Notes under the pieces: model-generated
What the model was told of the DNA's origin: nothing
The model's database searches: none
The model's input: the letters and a program-made list of their open reading frames with translations, nothing else
Origin: an uncultured Actinomycetes bacterium
GTDB lineage: Bacteria; Actinomycetota; Acidimicrobiia; Spongiisociales; DATADW01
Direction of reading: 5' to 3'
Length of the DNA: 64,000 nt
Assembly (NCBI GenBank): GCA_963824995.1
Contig: CAWGRK010000010.1
Span: 1-64,000, forward strand
In this document: in pieces, positions 56,252 through 64,000 of the stretch
Layout: each line of letters opens with the position of its first letter
How positions within the stretch are numbered: the stretch's first letter is position 1
Translations under genes and position numbers: made by a program

Positions 56252-57630
56252 TTCGTTTGCTTCGACGCGTCCACGAGGACGAGTCGGGGATCTCGTTGTT
56301 CATGTTGGCGGCGGGAATGTTCGCCTTCATCGGACTAGCCGCCATCGTCATCGACCTCGGCATGGCGATGAGCCAGGGACGTCTCGACCAGAACGCAGCC
56401 GACTTCGCCGCGCTCGCCGCCGCCAACGACTCGTACCTGGGTATCACTGAGATGCAGAATGCGGCCCAGGACATCACCGACGACAACTTCGGGGAGTCGG
56501 TGCCGCTCACCGGCTGCTCCGCAGACCTGACACAGCCGGGTCCACCGTTCCAGGTGATCTCCGACTGTATGTCGGTGGCGCCTTTTGGTGACCTCAATGC
56601 CGACAGCATCCGGAGGGTCGGGCAGACGTGGGTCGGCGTTCCGGATCAGGCGAGCGGGCCGTTCTTCGGGCCAAACTCGATCGACACCCGACGGGAAGCG
56701 GCTGCGGCAATCCTTCCTCGTGAGGGTGGACCCCTTGCCCCCTTGGCGGTCGGCACCGCCAACGCTGCGTTGGCGTGTGTCCAACTAACCGGCTCGATAT
56801 TCAACGACGGGTGCACGAGCCCGCTGAACCTCGTCGACAGTCCGCGGTGCACCAGCGGCGGCGGCTTCGTGGTGAATCTGCTCGACGGAATAGACCATCT
56901 CGTCGCCCGTCACGACGGCACCGACCGGCCAGACGACTGCGTGGCCGCGGGTAGCAACACTCTCGGCGCGCTGCCCGGTGGGATCGAGGGCTGGTTGGAG
57001 ACACTCGAGGCCAGACTCGACGCCGGCTTCCTCGATGGCGGCGGCCCGGCAGATCTCGACGAGGGCCTCAACGGTGCCTGCGGGGGCCTCGGGGACGTCA
57101 CCGCCATCTCCAATTGCATCGGCGGCACCCTTCCTGGTGCCACCCTGAGCGAGAGGTTCTTCTACGCCCCAGTGGTGACGGGAAGCAACGTCACCAACTT
57201 CTCAGGTCTCTATCTGGGCAGGATCGGATGGGAAGCCGAGGGTGACGTTGTTCCATTACCTGCAGTCACTCTGGACCTTGAGCTGGTGGTCGAGTACGAC
57301 GCGGTGATCCAGGAACCCGACCAGCTGCAGTGTGAACTGATCGACGGCCCACCTGAGCTGCTCGCCGTCATACCCACCTGGGATGGCGATTGCACAGGAA
57401 CCAACGGCCTCGGAGAAGCGATTTACGACACCAACGAACTCATTGACCCTGACCTGGTGCCCATAGCCGAGGGGTTTTGGCTTTTCTTCTGGGAGAATTT
57501 TCTCGCATACGACGGCAACGACCTCCTCCAGGTCGCCGGGTACGTGTTGCCTTTCACTTCGCTTCCCGAGGAGCTCCGCGGACCAGGCCCCGACGTAAAC
57601 CCATACGAGGTCGACGGACTGACCCAGTAG
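56248..57630 (+). CDS. TadG-like pilus assembly protein
   Basis: DESG...TM...VIDLG...QNAADFAALAAA; Cys- and acid-rich extracellular body. Confidence 0.8.
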   Translation: MIRLLRRVHEDESGISLFMLAAGMFAFIGLAAIVIDLGMAMSQGRLDQNAADFAALAAANDSYLGITEMQNAAQDITDDNFGESVPLTGCSADLTQPGPPFQVISDCMSVAPFGDLNADSIRRVGQTWVGVPDQASGPFFGPNSIDTRREAAAAILPREGGPLAPLAVGTANAALACVQLTGSIFNDGCTSPLNLVDSPRCTSGGGFVVNLLDGIDHLVARHDGTDRPDDCVAAGSNTLGALPGGIEGWLETLEARLDAGFLDGGGPADLDEGLNGACGGLGDVTAISNCIGGTLPGATLSERFFYAPVVTGSNVTNFSGLYLGRIGWEAEGDVVPLPAVTLDLELVVEYDAVIQEPDQLQCELIDGPPELLAVIPTWDGDCTGTNGLGEAIYDTNELIDPDLVPIAEGFWLFFWENFLAYDGNDLLQVAGYVLPFTSLPEELRGPGPDVNPYEVDGLTQ

Positions 57631-57651
57631 CGGGCGTTACCCTCCCCGGCC

Positions 57652-58506
57652 ATGCGCACTCCCCCACGGGTCATGCCGGCGCTGGTGACGCCGTTCACCA
57701 AAGACGGCGAGCTCGATCTCGAATCGCACCGTCACAACCTCCGCACCCTCGCCGAACAGGGGATCAATGGGTTCCTCATCGCCGGGTCCACCGGCGAGGG
57801 GGCGTACCTCGAGCCCGGTGAACGGGAAGAACTGCTTAGGACAGCACGAGACGAATTGGGGCGCCGCCCTTTCCTTATCGGCGGCGTGGTTGCCGAGACC
57901 GAGCGGGCGGCTCGGGCGCAGCTTGCTGAGGTGGTGGCGGGCGGTGCCGATGCGGCTCTCGTCATCACACCGACCACACTGGTCCGCAACCGCCATCCCC
58001 TGGTCAAGCGGTTCTATGCAGACTTGGCCGACGATGCGCCGGTTCCTCTGATGCTCTACTCGGTCCCCTCGTACACCGCCTACCCACTTCCTAGCGAGGT
58101 GGCAATCGAGCTATCCGAGCACCCGGGCATCGTCGGGATGAAGGACTCGGGTGGGGACCCGGTGCGGATGGGCGACCTTGTGGCGGGTTGTGCCGAGGGG
58201 TTCTTCCTCTTCTGCGGTTCTTCGGCTGCCCTGAGCCAAGCGATCGCCGCCGGGGCCTACGGGGCGATCACAGCAAGCGCCAACTATGCCCCGGCACTGG
58301 TTACCGAGGTGGTGAAACGACGCAAGCCCGGCCCGTGGCAGAGAAGGCTCACCGCGATGAGCCGGGGAATCGAGGTCCACGGCGTCCCAGGGGTCAAAGC
58401 CGCCGCCGCCGGATTCGGTCTGCGGCCCGGTTTCCCCCGCCGCCCGCTGCGCCCTGTTTCCCGACGGGAGGCGGCGGGTTTGACCGACCTCATCGCCGAA
58501 GGCTGA
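57652..58506 (+). CDS. Dihydrodipicolinate synthase family protein
   Basis: PALVTPF, GSTGEG, LYSVP, GMKDS Schiff-base Lys. Confidence 0.9.
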   Translation: MRTPPRVMPALVTPFTKDGELDLESHRHNLRTLAEQGINGFLIAGSTGEGAYLEPGEREELLRTARDELGRRPFLIGGVVAETERAARAQLAEVVAGGADAALVITPTTLVRNRHPLVKRFYADLADDAPVPLMLYSVPSYTAYPLPSEVAIELSEHPGIVGMKDSGGDPVRMGDLVAGCAEGFFLFCGSSAALSQAIAAGAYGAITASANYAPALVTEVVKRRKPGPWQRRLTAMSRGIEVHGVPGVKAAAAGFGLRPGFPRRPLRPVSRREAAGLTDLIAEG

Positions 58507-58556
58507 AAACGACCCGGTTGCTACCCTCGCCGGGTCGCTACAGAGGAGATCTCCAG

Positions 58557-58943
58557 ATGGCCGTGAAGTTCCTCTCCGAGGAGTGGGCGCAATCGACCAG
58601 CGAAACGCTCAACAGCCACGACGGCTTCAAGAGCGCCATCGGGAATGCCGACCTCGGCATCCAGTTCACCGTGACCGACACGCCAAATGGTGACGTGAAC
58701 TACTACCTGAAGACGAGTGGAGGCACCGCCGATCTGGCGATCGGAGATCTCGACGACGCTGACGTCACGGTGACAAGCGAATACCCCACCGCCGTCGCCA
58801 TCTCAAAGGGCGAGCTCAACACTCAGATGGCCTTCATGCAGGGCAAGCTCAAGGTCGGTGGCAACCTGGCCAAGCTGATGATGCACCAGACGGCGGTCCA
58901 GCAGTGGGGCAACGCCGTCGGCGGTATGGACGTCGAGTATTAG
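58557..58943 (+). CDS. SCP2 sterol-binding domain protein
   Basis: AGGAG RBS; FLSEEWA...AFMQGKLKVGGNLAKLM. Confidence 0.92.
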   Translation: MAVKFLSEEWAQSTSETLNSHDGFKSAIGNADLGIQFTVTDTPNGDVNYYLKTSGGTADLAIGDLDDADVTVTSEYPTAVAISKGELNTQMAFMQGKLKVGGNLAKLMMHQTAVQQWGNAVGGMDVEY

Positions 58944-59034
58944 GTCGGGAGGGGGCAGGCACTGATCGGGAGGGGGCAGGCCCCCTCCCGAGGCCCTCCC
59001 CCGAAGAACGCGAACTAAGTCGCCATAGGGTTGT

Positions 59035-59255
59035 CGCGCCGGCAAAGCCGGCGCTCGGGCGAGCATGCACCGTTCGGAAGAAGGGCGAGGTTCGCTCACC
59101 CCCGGCGGGGGGAGTACCCGACGCCGGAGGCGTCGGGGAGGGGGGCTGGTTCACTCCCAAAGGTGCGAAAGCCGCGTGTCAGGCAAGGTTGGGAGTTGGG
59201 GATTCCCTACCCGCTGCTCCGCAGCGGGTCCCTTCCCCCTTCGGGGGCCGGATAG
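59035..59255. ncRNA. Candidate structured element between SCP2 and HU
   Basis: Dense series of perfect hairpins; no convincing ORF; strand ambiguous. Confidence 0.35.
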
Positions 59256-59256
59256 T

Positions 59257-59283
59257 AAGGGCCGCCCCTAGGGGGCGGCCCTT
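59257..59283. terminator. GC-rich hairpin downstream of HU
   Basis: AAGGGCCGCCCC-TAG-GGGGCGGCCCTT. Confidence 0.7.
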
Positions 59284-59302
59284 CGATTGGTCGGGACTGG
59301 GG

Positions 59303-59578
59303 TTAGCTGCTGACGGCGGACTTGAGTTGGGAACCGGCGGTGAACTTCGGGGCCTTGCGGGCGGCGATGTTGATCTTCTCGCCGGTGCGGGGGTTCACAC
59401 CCGTCCGAGCGGCCCTGTCGGAAACGCCAAATGTCCCGAACCCGGTAATGGTTACCTTGTCACCGCCCTTGAGTGCGCCGGTGATCGACTCGAAAACCGC
59501 GTCAACTGCGGCGGATGCGGAAGCCTTGCTGCCGCCGGTGGCGGAGGCTACGGCATCCACCAAATCGCTCTTTGTCAT
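59303..59578 (-). CDS. hup: DNA-binding protein HU
   Basis: MTKSDLV...GFGTF...RAARTGVNPRTGE...PKFTAG..LK. Confidence 0.97.
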   Translation of the reverse strand: MTKSDLVDAVASATGGSKASASAAVDAVFESITGALKGGDKVTITGFGTFGVSDRAARTGVNPRTGEKINIAARKAPKFTAGSQLKSAVSS

Positions 59579-59684
59579 GGTTCTGCCCTCCTTGGCAGGA
59601 ATAACACTTGTGTCACTCTAAGCACGATGGCTGAGATCGACAAGCACAGTTCCGCTCCCCGTGCGGGTTTTCGCCCCGCGGTGC

Positions 59685-60624
59685 TCAGCCGAGATCGATC
59701 TGACGCAACTCGTCAACCTTCTCCTTGACCGATGAAGCGGCGGCGCGGAGCCCGTTCAGTTCATCGTCGGTCAACGGCAGCTCGACGATCTCGGTGACAC
59801 CGCCGGCTCCGATCCGGGCGGGAACTCCCAGGTAGACGCCGTCGATCCCGTACTCGCCCTCCACCCAGGCGCACACGGGGAGGACCTCGTTGGTGTCGCC
59901 GAGCACCGCTGCAACCATCTGGGCGGCTGCGCTCGAAGGGGCGAAGTAGGCGCTCCCGGTCTTGAGCAGGCCGACGATCTCCGCTCCCCCCTCCCGGGTG
60001 CGGTCTACCAGGGCATCGATCTGCCCGGCATCGAGTACATCGGTGAGTGGCCTCCCCCCAACCGTGCAGCAGGGATGGAACCGGGACCATGGTCTCACCG
60101 TGGCTGCCCAGGGTGAGCGCCTCCACCTCGAGGATGTCGCTCCCGGTTGCCTCGGCGATGAAATGGGCGAAGCGAGCCGAATCGAGGATCCCGGCCTGGC
60201 CCATCACCCGGTTCCTGGGGAACCCGGACACGTCGGCGACGAGCGTCGTCATGTGGTCGAGTGGGTTGGTGACCACGATGATCACGGCATCGGGCGATCC
60301 TGCGACCACTGCTTCAGTAACCCCCTTGACGATCTTGGCATTGGCCTCGAGGAGGTCCATCCGTGACATGCCCGGGCGGCGAGGAAGCCCGGCGGTGATC
60401 ACCACGACGTCGCTCCCGGCGGTGTCGGCGTAGTCGTTGGTCCCCACGACCAAGGTCCGGTAGCGCTCGACGGGCCGCGCCTGGTTCATGTCGAGGGCCA
60501 ATCCCTGGGGGAGACCCTCGACGATGTCGGTCATCACGACTTCGTCGACGAGGTCGGCCTCGGCGAGGCGCTGCACCGTCGTCGACCCGTACTTTCCGGC
60601 ACCAACCACGGTCAATTTCCGCAT
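59685..60624 (-). CDS. mdh: Malate dehydrogenase (LDH-like); frameshift near 60075
   Basis: VVGAG, TAGLPRRPGMSRMDL, VTNPLD, LDSARF, GSHG, GGAEIV..LKTGSAY. Confidence 0.95.
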
Positions 60625-60707
60625 GTCTTCTCCCGCTTTCGGCTCTTGGTGGAGCCGGAAGGGTAGCCAGGACGGGCTTCTCGACCCGATATGGGTTCAT
60701 CGACCCA

Positions 60708-60736
60708 TTGACCCCGATCCGTCCCAACACGACAAT
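60708..60736 (+). promoter_or_regulatory. Sigma70-like promoter TTGACC-17-GACAAT facing the icd-mdh intergenic region
   Basis: -35 at 60708-60713, 17-nt spacer, -10 at 60731-60736; no plus-strand gene follows. Confidence 0.55.
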
Positions 60737-60742
60737 CTGTAT

Positions 60743-60925
60743 CAGCCCACCAGGGTTGGGTATCAGTTGGGATGCGGAAAGAAGTCGGTTCGGTCCTCGC
60801 AAGGGAACCGGCGAACCACCGCTCCGTACCCAAGGGGGTGGCCGCAAGGCCGCAAGAGGGTGGTACGGGGAGGTGCGGTGGGGCTGAGCTCAGTGACGGG
60901 GAACACTGATCTCAGCCCCCACCGG
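60743..60925 (+). ncRNA. Candidate small RNA (~180 nt)
   Basis: Upstream promoter, GCAA-tetraloop hairpins, nested stems and a long terminal hairpin (60877-60923). Confidence 0.5.
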
Positions 60926-61003
60926 GGAATCCTTGATTGACGGGTCGTCGCCAGGCGGCCCGTCATTCGCGTTCAAACGACCGTCACGTTCGAGCGGCGC
61001 TGC

Positions 61004-62209
<1,206 letters not shown>

Positions 62210-62271
62210 TCGGTTGGCTCCTCGTGCTTGCCGTGGCGGCGAACCCTAGGTCGTCGCAGGCCTGATCCGTC

Positions 62272-62315
62272 TTGGCGTCACCCGACGCGGTAGTAGCGCG
62301 CTCAGTGACGCCAAA
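62272..62315. repeat. Palindromic element TTGGCGTCAC-N23-GTGACGCCAA
   Basis: Homologous to 40027-40075; overlaps the folD stop. Confidence 0.75.
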
Positions 62316-63173
62316 GCTGGGTTTGCTCGGCGGCGGTCACCGTGTTGACCAGCAACATCGCCCTCGTCATCGGGCCCGATACCGCCGGGGACCGGGGTGA
62401 TGGCGCCGGCGACATCGCGTACCGCTTCGAAGTCGACGTCGCCACGCAGACCATCTTCCGTGTCCGGGTGGTGCCGACGTCCACCACCACGGCACCCGGC
62501 TTGACCAGATCAGCGGTGATCAGACTCGGGTACGCCGACGGCGCTCACCAGCAGATCCGCCTCGCGGGTCAGCGCACCGAGATCGGGTGTCCGCGTGTGG
62601 GCGATCGCCACGGTGGCGTCGGCGCCACGGGCGCTGAGCATCAGCGCCAGTGGCCGGCCAACCAGGAAGGAGCGGCCGACGATCACGGCGCGGCTGCCGG
62701 ATGTCGTCAGCCCATGATGCTCCAAGAGTCGGAGGATTCCGCTCGGGGTGCACGGTCGCAGACCGGAGCGGCCGAGAACGAGCAGACCGAGGTTGTATGG
62801 GTGGAGACCGTCGACGTCCTTGGAGGGGTCGACTCGTTCGGTGATGGTGTCGGAATCGAGTCCCTTCGGGAAGAGGAAGCTGCACCAGGATCCCGTGGAC
62901 GGCGGGATCGTTGTTCAGACTCGTCGATGACCGCTTCCAGGTGCGCACGACCGGTATCCGCCGGCAAGTTCGTGATGGATGCTGCGGATGCCGACCTCTT
63001 CGGCGTCGCGTCGCTTGTGCCGTACGTAGAGGTGCGACGCCGGGTCGTCTCCCACCAACACTGTGGCGAGACCCGGATCCACTCCCAAGAGACCGCAGAG
63101 CCGCCACCCGGAGGGCCACCTCCGACTTGACCTGACTCGCCACCGGGCGGCCGTCGAGGATCGCCGCGGTCAA
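62302..63173 (-). CDS. folD: Bifunctional methylenetetrahydrofolate dehydrogenase/cyclohydrolase; heavily frameshifted
   Basis: [52 protein letters not shown]. Confidence 0.92.
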
Positions 63174-63210
63174 CGTCGGACCACCGAATAGGTCGGAATG
63201 GTCACCGGGA

Positions 63211-64000
63211 TCAATGAAGGAAGTGCCGTTTGCCGGTGAAGACGAGTGCCATGCCACGCTCCTCGGCGGCGGCGATGACCTCTTGGTCACGAACCGAGCC
63301 CCCAGGCTCGATGACGGCGGAGACACCGGCGGCGGCCAGCGTGTCGATGCCATCCCGGAAAGGAAAGAGCGCTTCGCTCGCCGCCGAGCCACCACGGCGC
63401 ACGGTGATCAGCCCGTCGCACTGCCCTCTCGGCTGCACCCACCCGGCTCTGGTCGCCGGCACCGACGCCGATCGCGGTTCGGTTCGTCGCGATCACGACC
63501 GCATTCGACTTGGTGTGGGCGGCGACGGTCCAGGCGAATTCGAGGTCGGACCATTCGTTCGGGGTGGGCTGGCGGGAGGTGACAGTCCTCCAATCCGGAC
63601 CACGGACATCCAAACGATCTTCGTCTGGGCGAGGAAACCGCCGTCGATCGAGCGCAAGTTCCAGTCCATCGTCGTCGGGACGTGGGGCGACGACGATCCG
63701 CAAGCCCCTTTCTCTCGGCGAGCCTGGCGAGGCACCGCCGGCTCGACCTCGGGGACGATGACGACCTCGATGAAACGACTCGCTGCATCCGTTCGGTCGG
63801 TGGCGGTGTCGAGCGGGCGATTCAGTGCCACGACCCCTCCGAAAGCCGAGAGCGGGTCGCAGTCCCAGGCAGCGCGATAAGCGCCGTCGATGGCGGCCCG
63901 CACGGCGACGCCGCAGGGGTTGGTGTGCTTGACGATCACGGCAGTCGGATCGGAGAACTCCCATACCAGCCGCCACGCCGCACGGCATCGGCGTAGTTGT
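63211..64000 (-). CDS. purH: AICAR transformylase/IMP cyclohydrolase, C-terminal part; frameshifted, runs off the window
   Basis: [60 protein letters not shown]. Confidence 0.95.

Noticed and set aside
60790..60820. c-di-AMP (ydaO) riboswitch
   Set aside because: TCCTCGCAAGGGAACCGGCGAACCA resembles its 5' part, but the downstream conserved segment is absent and there is no plus-strand gene to regulate.

Overview
High-GC actinobacterial chromosome segment. The gene set (WhiB, UPF0182, DivIVA-domain protein, PDZ-Lon protease, zincin, SigE-RseA) suggests Acidimicrobiia, which is an inference. Many ordinary genes carry single-base frameshifts, which points to an unpolished long-read assembly, so several CDS coordinates are stitched from ORF fragments and are approximate. 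Bases 1 to ~19,100 form an accessory region downstream of a minus-strand tRNA-fMet. It holds a DesK/DesR-like TCS with an ABC transporter, a 7.8-kb segment bounded by two attP-like units built around tRNA-Ala(CGC) 3' halves (no integrase present), gene relics, and a LacI-regulated sugar ABC/GH3 cluster. The 7.8-kb segment encodes two complementary-defective histidine kinases (one lacks the phospho-His, the other lacks the ATP-binding boxes), an orphan TRAP-type solute-binding lipoprotein and a LuxR response regulator. The rest is mostly core genome: MocR, UPF0182, DivIVA-like, BioY, acyl-CoA ligase with Liv-type ABC, MoaE, HtrA, WYL, SigE operon, TatA, WhiB, sdhCAB, an ECF/anti-sigma/ABC module, Tad-like proteins, HU, mdh, icd, folD and purH. 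It also contains two candidate structured intergenic RNAs and several families of palindromic or heptameric intergenic repeats.
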